From NCBI GenBank assembly GCA_965250285.1, contig OZ252299.1, forward strand, positions 5,920,001 to 5,984,000: 64,000 bases of DNA, read 5' to 3'. This document shows, piece by piece, positions 9,376 through 18,933 of the stretch (position 1 is the stretch's first letter; each line of letters starts with the position of its first letter). The translations under genes were made by a program, and so were the position numbers. The notes under the pieces were generated by a model. That model saw only the letters and a list, made by a program, of their open reading frames with translations. It made no database searches and was not told the origin of the DNA. This stretch comes from Myxococcota bacterium. Lineage in GTDB: Bacteria; Myxococcota_A; UBA9160; UBA4427.

Positions 9376-10597
9376 TGCGGTTGTTGCCGTAGTCGGTGAC
9401 CCAGAGCCGGTCGTCGTAGAAGGCGCAGCCGGTCGGGGCGCTCAGCGTGCGAGCGCTGGCCGTGTCGTCGACCTCGCCGTCCTGGTCGTCGTCGTTCTCG
9501 GCGTCCATCGTGAACGTCGCCTGGCCGATCACGACGTCCGCGGGCTCGAAGTTCGAGCTCGGGAAGCCATCCCAGATGAGCACGCGATTGTTGCTCGTAT
9601 CGGGCACGCAGAAGTAGCGGCCGTCGAAGTCGGGGCCGCCGTAGTTCGAGCTGCCGAGCACACGCGCCGTGGGGGCATCGTCTTCGGTGCCGTCCTGGTC
9701 GTCGTCGTTCTCCTCGAAGTTCGTGAAGTTCGACTGGCCGATCACGAGGTCGGCGGGCTGAAAGCTCGACGTCGGAAACGTCGTCCAGATGAGGACGCGG
9801 CGGTTGTCGTTCTCGAGCACGGCCAGGCGCGTCCCGTCCGTCCAGACGCCGGCCGGGTAGCTCATGGTGCGGGCCGTGGGGCCAGCGTCGGCGCTCTCGT
9901 CTTGATCGTCGTCATTCTCGGTGCAGTGCACGAAGTCGGCCTGGCCAAGAACCAGGTTGGGGGGTGTCGAACTCGAGGTCGGGATCGTGTTCCAGATGAG
10001 CACGCGGTTGTTGCCGGCATCGGCGACGACGAGCTTGTCACCGCCCACCGCGACGGCCTCGGGGTGGTTCATGCCACCCGCGCTGCAGTCTTCGTCGCTC
10101 AGATCGAACCCGGCTTGGCCGAGAACGATGTCGGCCGCTTCCTGCGTCGTCGTGGGCGCCGGGTTCCAGATGAGTACGCGGTGGTTGCCGTAGTCGGCCA
10201 GGTAGAGGTTGGTGCCATCGGTGGCGCTGCCGCTCGGGTCGGTGATGCCGTTCGCAGCGTCGCTGTCGCCGTCGGTGTCGAAGGTCGCCTGGCCGAGCAC
10301 GAAGTCGGCCGCCTGGCCGTTGCTCGTCGGAAGCGACGTGAAACCCATCACGCGATCGTTCGAGTAGTCGGGCACGTAGAGTCGGTTGCCGACGACGGTC
10401 ACATTGCCGTAGGGCTCGTAGAGCGACGAGGCCGTCGTGTCGTAGTCGTTGTCTTCGAAGTTCGCCTGGAAGACGACGAGCGAGGCGTCGGGAAAGCTCC
10501 GAATGACCGTCTCGGATTCGTTGCAGCCGACGCTGCCGGTCGAGAGCAGGGCGAGGCCCGCAAGCGGGGCAAGCATGTGGCGGGTGGCGGTGCGCAA
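9350..10597 (-). CDS. NHL-repeat beta-propeller lipoprotein
   Basis: TTG start after GGAGGAG and a signal peptide ending GSVGC. Repeated L.VADxGNNRVLIWN...ADxVLGQxxF units. Confidence 0.85.
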   Translation of the reverse strand: MRTATRHMLAPLAGLALLSTGSVGCNESETVIRSFPDASLVVFQANFEDNDYDTTASSLYEPYGNVTVVGNRLYVPDYSNDRVMGFTSLPTSNGQAADFVLGQATFDTDGDSDAANGITDPSGSATDGTNLYLADYGNHRVLIWNPAPTTTQEAADIVLGQAGFDLSDEDCSAGGMNHPEAVAVGGDKLVVADAGNNRVLIWNTIPTSSSTPPNLVLGQADFVHCTENDDDQDESADAGPTARTMSYPAGVWTDGTRLAVLENDNRRVLIWTTFPTSSFQPADLVIGQSNFTNFEENDDDQDGTEDDAPTARVLGSSNYGGPDFDGRYFCVPDTSNNRVLIWDGFPSSNFEPADVVIGQATFTMDAENDDDQDGEVDDTASARTLSAPTGCAFYDDRLWVTDYGNNRITVYDLPL

Positions 10598-10816
10598 GGC
10601 GGGCTCCTCCGAGTCGACGTCGCGGCGCGGCAGGCACACTCGAGGGGCTCGCAGGGCGCACGCGGCGGCTCTTCCTTCATCGGCGAAAGGAGGCCGATTC
10701 GGGAGCAGATTCGGTGGGAATGGATGAGGCGAGGGTGGGCGCCGGAGCGCACACCGCCTGCCGCCGACCGAGCGGCACAAGGTGCGGCCGGACGTGTAGA
10801 ACTGAAGGGGGCGTGC

Positions 10817-10892
10817 TGGAGCCGACGCGCGGACTCGAACCGCGGACCTGCTCATTACGAGTGAGCTGCTCTACCAGCTGAGCTACGTCGGC
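10817..10892 (-). tRNA. tRNA-Thr(CGT)
   Basis: Reverse complement GCCGACGTAGCTCAGCTGGTAGAGCAGCTCACTCGTAATGAGCAGGTCCGCGGTTCGAGTCCGCGCGTCGGCTCCA gives a full cloverleaf, anticodon CGT and encoded CCA. Confidence 0.98.
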
Positions 10893-11309
10893 TCACCGCC
10901 AGGGCCGAGCGGAGCGCTCCAGGCCTCGGCGGGAGCCGGAGATTAGCCGCGGGCCCTCGCCCCCGCCATCGAATCAGGGGCGTCTCGAGGCCCTCGATTC
11001 GACCTCGGCGCCCACCGGCAACGGGCGCGCAGCCGGCCGCACACCGCCGCGAACCTGGACGCCGAGTGCCCGGTGCCCGGGCGCCCGGCTCGGCCTCGGG
11101 TTTCCACCCGAATTGACCTCGTCGGCGCTCGGAGCGTAGGATCGAGACTTGGACGCTCGCCCGCGTCCACCACGTCGAGCCCGGTATGCGGCACCGGGCT
11201 CGCACGACGCTCTCTACCTCACGATCGGCTCGTTCGATCGGCCGCATGCTGTTCGGCCGGCGCTCGCGTCTGCGTGGCCGACCGGGCAGCGCTCGCGGAG
11301 GCGCCACGC

Positions 11310-11660
11310 ATGCCGATTCTGCCCTTCATCGATCTGCTGATCCTGGCCGGTTGGACCTCGCTCTTTGGCGGGTTCATTCTGAAGCTGATCTCGATGACGA
11401 CCACCTACCGACCGACGCTCTTCGGCATCGGGCCGATCGATCTGCTGATCGTGGCCGGGGTCTTTCTGCTGCTCGCGCTCACGCTGTCGGCGCGCACCTG
11501 GGTCAAGGCACACGAGATCGACCGCGCGATGGCGCGGCGCAAGCGCAACGACGAGATCGATCAGCGCATCGCGCTGCTCGACAACGGCGGCGGTGCGATG
11601 CGCGAGAACGGCGCGCCGACGCCGATTCGGCCGGTCGACCGCGATCAGTATCCCGGCTGA
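11310..11660 (+). CDS. Small two-TM hypothetical membrane protein
   Basis: RBS GGAGG; MPILPFIDLLILAGW... with two hydrophobic segments and GC3-rich codons. Confidence 0.75.
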   Translation: MPILPFIDLLILAGWTSLFGGFILKLISMTTTYRPTLFGIGPIDLLIVAGVFLLLALTLSARTWVKAHEIDRAMARRKRNDEIDQRIALLDNGGGAMRENGAPTPIRPVDRDQYPG

Positions 11661-11853
11661 GGTCGGGCTCGACCGCGCTTTCGGGCGCCCAAACGAGGAC
11701 CGGCGCACAAAGTGCGCCGGTCGGGTCGAGCCAGGTCAGGAGAAACCTGGTGGTAAATGACGGCTCTGCTTGCGCGGGCCGGTGCCGCAAACCGGCCCGC
11801 GACTTGAGCGGCTCGAGGTGTCCTGCCGCCAGAACACCGAGCCCGCCGCAGAG

Positions 11854-11979
11854 TTAGAGGCCGGGCCGCTCGGCGTCGCGATCCCGCTGGATCAGCGTCA
11901 GCGCAGAGAGAGCCACCTCGCGATACAGGCTCGCACCGATCACGAATGCGTTGCGTGCCGTTCGAATGGCCTTCGACAT
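11854..11979 (-). CDS. Putative 41-aa small protein (not in ORF track)
   Basis: AGAGGAG RBS 8 nt before the ATG; MSKAIRTARNAFVIGASLYREVALSALTLIQRDRDAERPGL*. Confidence 0.45.
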   Translation of the reverse strand: MSKAIRTARNAFVIGASLYREVALSALTLIQRDRDAERPGL

Positions 11980-12226
11980 GCTCGTTGCTCCTCTCTTCTC
12001 CGGTCGCTTCGCCTTGCCGTGCCTCTGCCCCGCCGTGTGCTCCTCCGCCCCGACTGACTCGAGCGGGCCGCACGGTGGGGTCTGAAAGGAAGTGGGTCGA
12101 TGCCCTCGCTCCGTGGCATGAAATCATCAAGATGAGCCGAAATAGCCGCGGAAGGGCGATCAGGCGCACCCCAGCCGCCGAGGCGGTTCGCCGGCGTCCC
12201 GCGGGCTTCGTGATACCCTCCGGCCC

Positions 12227-13228
12227 GTGACCACCGCCACCTCGACACAGCGCACCGAAACCACCGAAAACAAAGGCGAATCGGCTGATTCGACGGCGCC
12301 CGATCGGCTGATCTGGCGCGACGGCGAGTGGGTGCCCTGGGCCGACGCCACGGTGCACGTGCTCTCGCACAGCCTGCAGCGCGGCTCGCTGATCTTCGAC
12401 TACATGTCCGTCCGCGAGACACCCCGGGGGTCAGCGATCTTTCGGCTCGATCTGCACGTCGAGCGCATGCTCACCAGCTGTGCGTTGATGGGCCTGCCGA
12501 TCACGATGGGGGCCGACGCGATCGCGGCCGCCATCGTCGAGACCGTGCGCCGCAACCCCGGCGCGCGGGCAGTCAAGGCGTGCGCCTACTTCGCGAGCGT
12601 CGAGGTCGACGTCGTGCCGCTCGACGATCGCGTGACGGTTGCGATCGCCGCGTACGATCCGCAGGCCGACATCATCGAGCGGCTCCCCGTCGCGCGACCG
12701 GCCGCCAAGGCGTCGGTCGGCCTCTGGATCGAGAAGAAAGTGCACAACCGGCGCGAAGACATCGTGCCGCCCCAGGCCAAGGTGAGCGCCAATTACGCGA
12801 GCACGATGACCGCGAAGGCGCTCGCGAAAGAGTCGGGCTACGACGAGATCATCCTGGTCGACGAAGACGGCCATCTCGCCGAAGGCCCCACGTCGAATCT
12901 CTTCGTGGTCGACGCCGCTGGCGCACTTCTGACGCCGCCCACGAAGAAGGTGTTGCTCGGCGTGACCCGCGCCTCGGTGCTCGAGCTCGCCCGGGCCGAA
13001 GGCCTCGACGTGCGCGAAGAGCCGATTCTGCCCGCTGCGCTCGAGACGGCGCGCGAAGTGTTCCTCACCGGCACGACCGCCGGTGTGCTGCCGGCACATG
13101 CGGTCGACGGCAAGCCCGTCGGCGACGCGTGCCCGGGCCCGGTGTCGGCCCGGCTCAAGGCCCGGCTCGCCGCGGTCGAGCGCGGCGCCGATGCCGAATT
13201 CGCCCACTGGCTCACGTTCGTTGATTGA
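12227..13228 (+). CDS. ilvE: Class IV aminotransferase (branched-chain amino acid aminotransferase-like)
   Basis: ATVHVLSHSLQRG, FRLDLHVERM, AKVSANY (PLP Lys), EGPTSNLF, LLGVTR and EVFLTGTTAGV. Confidence 0.85.
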   Translation: MTTATSTQRTETTENKGESADSTAPDRLIWRDGEWVPWADATVHVLSHSLQRGSLIFDYMSVRETPRGSAIFRLDLHVERMLTSCALMGLPITMGADAIAAAIVETVRRNPGARAVKACAYFASVEVDVVPLDDRVTVAIAAYDPQADIIERLPVARPAAKASVGLWIEKKVHNRREDIVPPQAKVSANYASTMTAKALAKESGYDEIILVDEDGHLAEGPTSNLFVVDAAGALLTPPTKKVLLGVTRASVLELARAEGLDVREEPILPAALETAREVFLTGTTAGVLPAHAVDGKPVGDACPGPVSARLKARLAAVERGADAEFAHWLTFVD

Positions 13229-13270
13229 ACCCGAGCGTCGCGGGCGCCCCGCGACCGCGGAGGACCGGCC

Positions 13271-13654
13271 ATGATCGGTTACACCACCCTCGGCACGAAC
13301 GACTGGAACGGCGCGCTCGCATTCTACGACGCGCTGCTGGCCGAGGTCGGCGCGGCGCGCCTCATGGATATCGAAGACTTCGTGCTCTACGGCACCACGC
13401 CCGAGCAGGCTTGCCTGGCCGTCGTGAACCCGTACGACAAGCAGGCGGCGAGCGTCGGCAACGGCGTCATGGTCGCGCTGCGCGCCGACTCGCACGACCA
13501 CGTGAAGGCGGTCTACGCCAAGGCGCTCGAGCTCGGCGGCGCCGACGAGGGCAAGCCGGGGGATCGGGGGGGCGGCTTCTATGCGGCCTACTTCCGCGAT
13601 CTCGACGGCAACAAGCTCGCCATCTTCACGTTCGATCCGCCGAGCGAAGGCTAG
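13271..13654 (+). CDS. VOC/glyoxalase family protein
   Basis: MIGYTTLGTND...FYDALL...GNGVMVAL...YAAYFRDLDGNKL. Confidence 0.9.
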   Translation: MIGYTTLGTNDWNGALAFYDALLAEVGAARLMDIEDFVLYGTTPEQACLAVVNPYDKQAASVGNGVMVALRADSHDHVKAVYAKALELGGADEGKPGDRGGGFYAAYFRDLDGNKLAIFTFDPPSEG

Positions 13655-13671
13655 GGGCGAGCCCGGGCGCG

Positions 13672-14733
13672 ATGTATACCCGACGCATCTATTCGCCGTG
13701 GCAGATGCTGCTGTGGACCCGCTACGACACGCTGCTCTTTCTGTTCGTCTCGTTCCTCAGCGTGCTCGTGTTTCACGTCTTCGATCTGCGCTGGGCCCAC
13801 CTGCCGTGGCTGCCGATCGCGCTGATCGGTACCGCCGTCGCGTTCATCCTCGGCTTTCAGAACAATGCGGCCTACGACCGGGCGTGGGAGGCGCGCAAGA
13901 TCTGGGGCGGCATCGTGAACGCGTCTCGCGGCCTCGGTACGACGCTGAACGACTTCGTGACCGACCGCCTCGCCACCGAGCCGATCACCGAAGACGAGCT
14001 CTTCGCGATCCGTCGCCGCATGGCGAAGCGCCACGTCGCGTGGATGACGGCCCTGCGCCACGGCCTGCGCGCCGATCGCCCTTGGGAGCAGTTCGGTCGC
14101 CAGCTCACGAACCGCGAGTGGGAAGATCGCATCGCCGCGCGTGAGCGAAGGATGACGCTCGAAGAGGACATCGCCGGTCAGCTGAGCGACGCCGAGTGGG
14201 CCGAGGTCTCGGGCAAGGCGAACGTGGCGACGCAGATCATCGGGCTGCAGTCGCACGAGCTCGCCGAGCTGCGACGCCGTAATCTGATCGACGACTGGCG
14301 GCACGTCGAGATGCAGCGGCAGCTGAACGAGCTGCTCGATCTGCAGGGTATGGCCGAGCGCATCAAGAACTTCCCGTATCCCCGGCAGTACGCGACGCTC
14401 AACTGGCTCTTCATGATGATCTTCGTGATGCTCGTGCCATTCGGCACGGTGCACGAGTTCTGGGCGCTCGGCGAAGAGGTGCGCGACGCCCACCCGCAGA
14501 TCGCCCCCTACCTGGTCTGGCTGAACGTGCCCTTCGGCGCCCTCGTCATGTGGATCTTCCACACGACCGAGCGGATCGGCCGGGTCACCGAGAACCCCTT
14601 CGAGGGCGGCGCGAACGACGTGCCGATCACCACGATGTCGCGCGCCATCGAGATCGACCTGCTCGAGCTGATCGGCGAAGCTCCCGAGGCGATCCCGGCC
14701 CCGATCGAGTCACACGGCGGCATCCAATCGTGA
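13672..14733 (+). CDS. Bestrophin-family (YneE-like) channel
   Basis: GFQNNAAYDRAWEARKIWGGIVN, ERIKNFPYP and ENPFEGGANDVP. Confidence 0.9.
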   Translation: MYTRRIYSPWQMLLWTRYDTLLFLFVSFLSVLVFHVFDLRWAHLPWLPIALIGTAVAFILGFQNNAAYDRAWEARKIWGGIVNASRGLGTTLNDFVTDRLATEPITEDELFAIRRRMAKRHVAWMTALRHGLRADRPWEQFGRQLTNREWEDRIAARERRMTLEEDIAGQLSDAEWAEVSGKANVATQIIGLQSHELAELRRRNLIDDWRHVEMQRQLNELLDLQGMAERIKNFPYPRQYATLNWLFMMIFVMLVPFGTVHEFWALGEEVRDAHPQIAPYLVWLNVPFGALVMWIFHTTERIGRVTENPFEGGANDVPITTMSRAIEIDLLELIGEAPEAIPAPIESHGGIQS

Positions 14734-14783
14734 GCCTCGGGCCGATCGAGACGCGTTGGGGGCATGCGATCGTGAGCCTCGGC
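14701..14783 (+). repeat. Imperfect tandem duplication (41/42 bp) of the bestrophin 3' end
   Basis: CCGATCGAGtcacacggcGGCATccaATCGTGAGCCTCGGg followed by CCGATCGAGacgcgttgggGGCATgcgATCGTGAGCCTCGGc. Confidence 0.7.
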
Positions 14784-14901
14784 GCCGAAGGCGTGCCATC
14801 CTGAGCCCCGCCCGGCGCCCTCGCGCCGCCGGCGCAACCCGCGAGCACCGCGCCCACGTGAAGCGCCCACGAAGAACGAGTCAGAAAGGCCCCGACGAAT
14901 C

Positions 14902-15882
14902 ATGCGCGTCCTGTCCGGCACCAAGCCCACCGGCGATCAGCTTCACCTCGGCAACTACTTCGGTGCCCTGCGCCAGTTCGTCGCCCTGCAGGAGAAGTAC
15001 GACGAGGCGCTCTACTTCATCGCCGACTACCACAGCATGACGAGCGTGCGCGACGGTGAGACGCGCCGCCGCAACACGCTGAACGTGACGCTCGACTACC
15101 TCGCGGTCGGCCTCGATCCGAACCGCGCGATCCTCTACCGCCAGAGCGACCTGCCCGAGGTGTGCGAGCTGACCTGGGTGCTCACCAGCATCACGCCGAT
15201 GGGGCTGCTGAACCGCGCCCACGCCTACAAGGCCGCGCTCGACAAGGGCGACGACGTCGACCACGGGCTCTTCAGCTATCCGGTGCTCATGGCCGCCGAC
15301 ATCCTGCTCTTTCGCGCCGACGTCGTACCGGTGGGGCAGGATCAGAAGCAGCACGTCGAGATCGCCCGTGACATGGCCCAGCGCTTCAACAATGCCTACG
15401 GCTGCGAGGCCCTGGTGCTGCCCGACGCGTACACGCCGAAGGAGACGGCCACCGTGCCCGGCACCGACGGCCAGAAGATGAGCAAGAGCTACGGCAACAC
15501 GATCTTCATGTTCGCCTCGAACAAGCAGCTCAAGAAGCAGGTGATGGGCATCGTCACCGACTCGACGCCCGTCGAAGACCCGAAAGATCCCGATACCACG
15601 GTCTTCAAGCTCTACGAGCTCTTCGCGAGCGACGACGAGCGCGCCGACATGCGCGCTCGGGCCACGGCCGGTGGCCTCGGCTACGGCGACGTGAAGAAGG
15701 AGATCCTCGCCAAGGTGCTCGATCACTTCGGCGAGATGCGCGAGCGCCGAGCCGAGTACGAGGCCCGGCCCGACGACGTCGAAGACATCCTGGCCGAGGG
15801 GGCGAAGCGCGCGCAGGCGATCGCCGAGCCCGTGCTCGACGACGTGCGGCAGGCCGCCGGGCTCGGCCCGCCGAAGCGCTGA
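14902..15882 (+). CDS. trpS: Tryptophan--tRNA ligase
   Basis: PTGDQLHLGNY (HIGH), YPVLMAADIL, VPVGQDQKQH and KMSKS. Confidence 0.97.
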   Translation: MRVLSGTKPTGDQLHLGNYFGALRQFVALQEKYDEALYFIADYHSMTSVRDGETRRRNTLNVTLDYLAVGLDPNRAILYRQSDLPEVCELTWVLTSITPMGLLNRAHAYKAALDKGDDVDHGLFSYPVLMAADILLFRADVVPVGQDQKQHVEIARDMAQRFNNAYGCEALVLPDAYTPKETATVPGTDGQKMSKSYGNTIFMFASNKQLKKQVMGIVTDSTPVEDPKDPDTTVFKLYELFASDDERADMRARATAGGLGYGDVKKEILAKVLDHFGEMRERRAEYEARPDDVEDILAEGAKRAQAIAEPVLDDVRQAAGLGPPKR

Positions 15883-16128
15883 GCCGCGCCCGCCCATGCG
15901 CAGCGTTCGGTGCGCCTTCGCGCCACGGGATGTCTCACGGCGCCGGACGATTCCGCTCCGACTTCAACCGAGCGTGCGTTGAGCGCCGCCAAACGATGGC
16001 GCCGAGGTGGCACGTGGCGCGCCATCACCGCGAAATCTCTCGCCAAACCCGAAGTGTGACGCCCGTCGCTCAACCGCCGGCCTCCATCGGCCGATGTCGG
16101 AAGGGTGGAATCGTATGGGAGTCCCTCC

Positions 16129-17403
16129 ATGAGCCCTGCTCGTGTCGCGCACCGATGCACCGTGGCGCTGGCCGCGTGTCTCGCGACCTTCACCCTCGCC
16201 GCCTGCAACCTGATCGACGCTTCGCCGGGCGACGAGCCGGGTGAAGAAGGCCAGCCCCCGCCTCAGGTCGTGTCGAAGGCCGAGTCGGGCGATGCCGCGG
16301 CACAGTACGAGCTGGGCGCGTGGTACCAGACCGACGAGACCGGCGACGCTGCGCGCAACCGCATGCAGGCGATCGAGTGGCATACCGAAGCGGCCGAGCA
16401 GGGCGAGATGCGGGCGCAGACCGCGCTCGGCGTGCTCTTTCTCGAGGGTGAGGGCAGCGAGCGCAACATGCTCGAGGCGAAGCGCTGGCTGACGCGGGCC
16501 GTCGAACAGGGCGAGCCGGCGGCGCACTTCCACCTGGGCGAGCTGTACGCGATCGGCGAAGACTTCGAGCCCGATCCCGTCGAGGCCGCGCGCTGGTGGA
16601 AGCAGGCCGCCGACCTCGGTGTGCCCGAGGCGCAGTACCGACTCGGCGAAGCCAGCGAGCAGGGTCTCGGGGTCGAGGTCGACGCCGACGAGGCCGTGCG
16701 GCTCTACCGCGCCGCCGCCGATCAGGCGATGACCGAGGCCCAGTACAAGCTCGGTGTGCTCTACGACGAGGGACGCATCGTGACCCGCGACGCCACCGAG
16801 GCGGTCACCTGGTATCGCATGGCCGCCGAAGCGGGCCATGCGCCCTCGCAGGCGCAGCTCGGCTTCATGTACGCGAGCGGCGACGGCGTGATGCAGCGCT
16901 ACGACGAGGCGGTGAAGTGGTCGACGATGGCCGCCGAAGCCGGCGATCCCGACGGCTGCAACAATCTCGCGGTGCTTCATCTGAAGGGCCTGGGCCTGCC
17001 CCAGAGCTTCTCCGAAGCCATCGTCTGGTATCGCAAGGCGGCCCAGCGCAACCACGCCGCCGCCCAGAACATGCTCGGCACGCTCTACCTGACGGGTGCG
17101 GGCGGCACGAGCAAGGATGCGAGCGAAGCCGAGCACTGGTGGCGCATGGCCGCCGACCAGGGCTACGCCGCGGCGCAGTACAACCTCGGTGGGATGTACT
17201 CGCGCGGGCTCTCCGATTCGCTCACGCGCGACGAAGCCATCGATTGGCTGGGTCGCGCCGCCGAGCAGGGTCATCGCCCCGCGCGCCGCGAGCTCGCGAA
17301 GCTGCGCGCCGAGATCACCGCCGAGTCGGTGCCGGCCGAGCCCGCAAGCGTCGAGCCCTCGAACGATCCGACCGAAGAAGAAGGCGACTCGATCGCCCTC
17401 TGA
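16129..17403 (+). CDS. Sel1-repeat lipoprotein
   Basis: Lipobox LAAC and about nine Sel1 repeats (AQYxLGxxYxxG...AxxWxxxAAxQG). Confidence 0.92.
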   Translation: MSPARVAHRCTVALAACLATFTLAACNLIDASPGDEPGEEGQPPPQVVSKAESGDAAAQYELGAWYQTDETGDAARNRMQAIEWHTEAAEQGEMRAQTALGVLFLEGEGSERNMLEAKRWLTRAVEQGEPAAHFHLGELYAIGEDFEPDPVEAARWWKQAADLGVPEAQYRLGEASEQGLGVEVDADEAVRLYRAAADQAMTEAQYKLGVLYDEGRIVTRDATEAVTWYRMAAEAGHAPSQAQLGFMYASGDGVMQRYDEAVKWSTMAAEAGDPDGCNNLAVLHLKGLGLPQSFSEAIVWYRKAAQRNHAAAQNMLGTLYLTGAGGTSKDASEAEHWWRMAADQGYAAAQYNLGGMYSRGLSDSLTRDEAIDWLGRAAEQGHRPARRELAKLRAEITAESVPAEPASVEPSNDPTEEEGDSIAL

Positions 17404-17448
17404 AGGCGCGCCTGCATCGCGGCGCCCTGGAGTCTCGCGGCCTGGTCG

Positions 17449-18720
17449 CTAGGCGAGGGCCTCGCTGATCGCTGCGGCCGTGCGTCGGCCCGACGCCATC
17501 GCCCCCTGAATCGACGCCACGTCGCGGTGGTCGCCGGCGACGAAGAGTCCGTCGTCGACGCGCGCCGGCCGCTCGCGCGCCGCATGCGGGCCGGGCGGTT
17601 GCGCCGGTAGAGCGCTTGCGACGCGCACCATGCGCAGCGTCCGCCAGCCGTCCACGCCATCGCCGAACCAGCTGCGCAGCTGCTCGCGTGCGCGCTTCTC
17701 GATCGCGTCGTCCGAGTCGTCGAGCGCGTCGGCGAGGATGCTGGCCGAGACAAGCGTGCGGCCCGCCGGCGCGTAGCCGGGGGCGACCTCGCTCGGCAGG
17801 CACAGATGATTGATCACGCCCTCGCCCGTGCCGTCGAGCACCAGGTGGTTCGAGACCGGCGGGGCGGTGGCGCTCGGGGCATCGAGATACAGGCAGCCGA
17901 CCTCGCGCATGTTCGGCACCGCGAGCGAGGGCAGGAGCCGCCCGGCCACGGCCGCGTCGGTGGCGATCACGACAGCTGCCCCCTCGATCCACTCGCCGCC
18001 GTCGATGCGCACGCCGTCGCTCTTCACCTCGACCACGGGCGTGCCGAGCTGCAGCGTGCCCGGGGCGAGGCGCGACGCGAGCTGCTCGGCGATCGCGCCC
18101 ATGCCGCCGGTTGGCAGGGTGGCGTGCCCGGTCGCGAAGTGTCGGATCAGAAAGCCGAGCGTGCGCTGCGAAGCACGCAGGTCGCGGTCGAGCAGGACAC
18201 CGCCGAGGAAGGGGCGCCAGAACTGCTCGATCATCTCGTGCGACAGTCCCCGCGCGCGCAGCGCCGCTTCGGTGTCGAGGTCGTCGGGCAGTGTCGTCCA
18301 GCCGCGGGCGCCGCGTCGCAGGGTGCCCGCGAGCCAACCGCCGAGGCGCGCGACGTCGCCCACGTTCGCAAGGCCCGATCGCAGCGTCGCCCAGGCGTCC
18401 TGCGGTCGGCGCAGCGGATCGGCCGCGCGCACGAGTCGCTGGCCGTTCCAGACCATCGCGCCGGGCACGAAGCGGCCGAGCTCGAGCGCCGACAGGTCGA
18501 GGGTCGAGCGGGCTTCGCTGTATGAATCGAGCAGCACCTGGAAGCCGCGGTCGAGGGCGAAGCCGTCGACCGGATCGGTGCGCACGCGTCCGCCGGGTCG
18601 GTCCCCCGCCTCGAGCACACGCACAGGCACGTCGCGTCGCTGCAGATGAATCGCCGTCGTCAGTCCGGCGAGTCCGGCGCCGACGACGAGCACGGGGAGA
18701 GGGGCGGGGGGTTGGGTCAT
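17449..18720 (-). CDS. FAD-dependent oxidoreductase (amine oxidase/phytoene dehydrogenase-like)
   Basis: VVGAGLAGL, LEAGDRPGGRVRTD, LDRGFQVL and AGDH...SIQGAMASG. Confidence 0.9.
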   Translation of the reverse strand: MTQPPAPLPVLVVGAGLAGLTTAIHLQRRDVPVRVLEAGDRPGGRVRTDPVDGFALDRGFQVLLDSYSEARSTLDLSALELGRFVPGAMVWNGQRLVRAADPLRRPQDAWATLRSGLANVGDVARLGGWLAGTLRRGARGWTTLPDDLDTEAALRARGLSHEMIEQFWRPFLGGVLLDRDLRASQRTLGFLIRHFATGHATLPTGGMGAIAEQLASRLAPGTLQLGTPVVEVKSDGVRIDGGEWIEGAAVVIATDAAVAGRLLPSLAVPNMREVGCLYLDAPSATAPPVSNHLVLDGTGEGVINHLCLPSEVAPGYAPAGRTLVSASILADALDDSDDAIEKRAREQLRSWFGDGVDGWRTLRMVRVASALPAQPPGPHAARERPARVDDGLFVAGDHRDVASIQGAMASGRRTAAAISEALA

Positions 18721-18819
18721 CTCGGGCTCCGGTGCGCGGGCTCGGGCCGAGGGCGACGCAGCCTGTCGCCTCGAGCCGCCGGCGGCTTCCAAGGAACGAT
18801 CGGGAACGTAGCGGTTCGT

Positions 18820-18880
18820 CTTGAATTCGTACAGATAAAATATTGACAAGAAACGAAAAACCCGGACAATATTGTCTCTC
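18820..18880. promoter_or_regulatory. AT-rich divergent promoter with palindrome
   Basis: TTGACA at 18843-18848, perfect palindrome GACAATATTGTC at 18865-18876, and AATATTG(A/T)C present twice. Confidence 0.55.
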
Positions 18881-18933
18881 CGTGCCCTGAACGCCCCCAC
18901 GGCTCATCCGAGCCGCGACGGTCAGGAGGTCCC

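Noticed and set aside
16000..16030. Sigma54 promoter upstream of the Sel1 gene (TGGCAC)
   Set aside because: The -12 element reads GCGC rather than TTGC, which is too weak in a GC-rich background.
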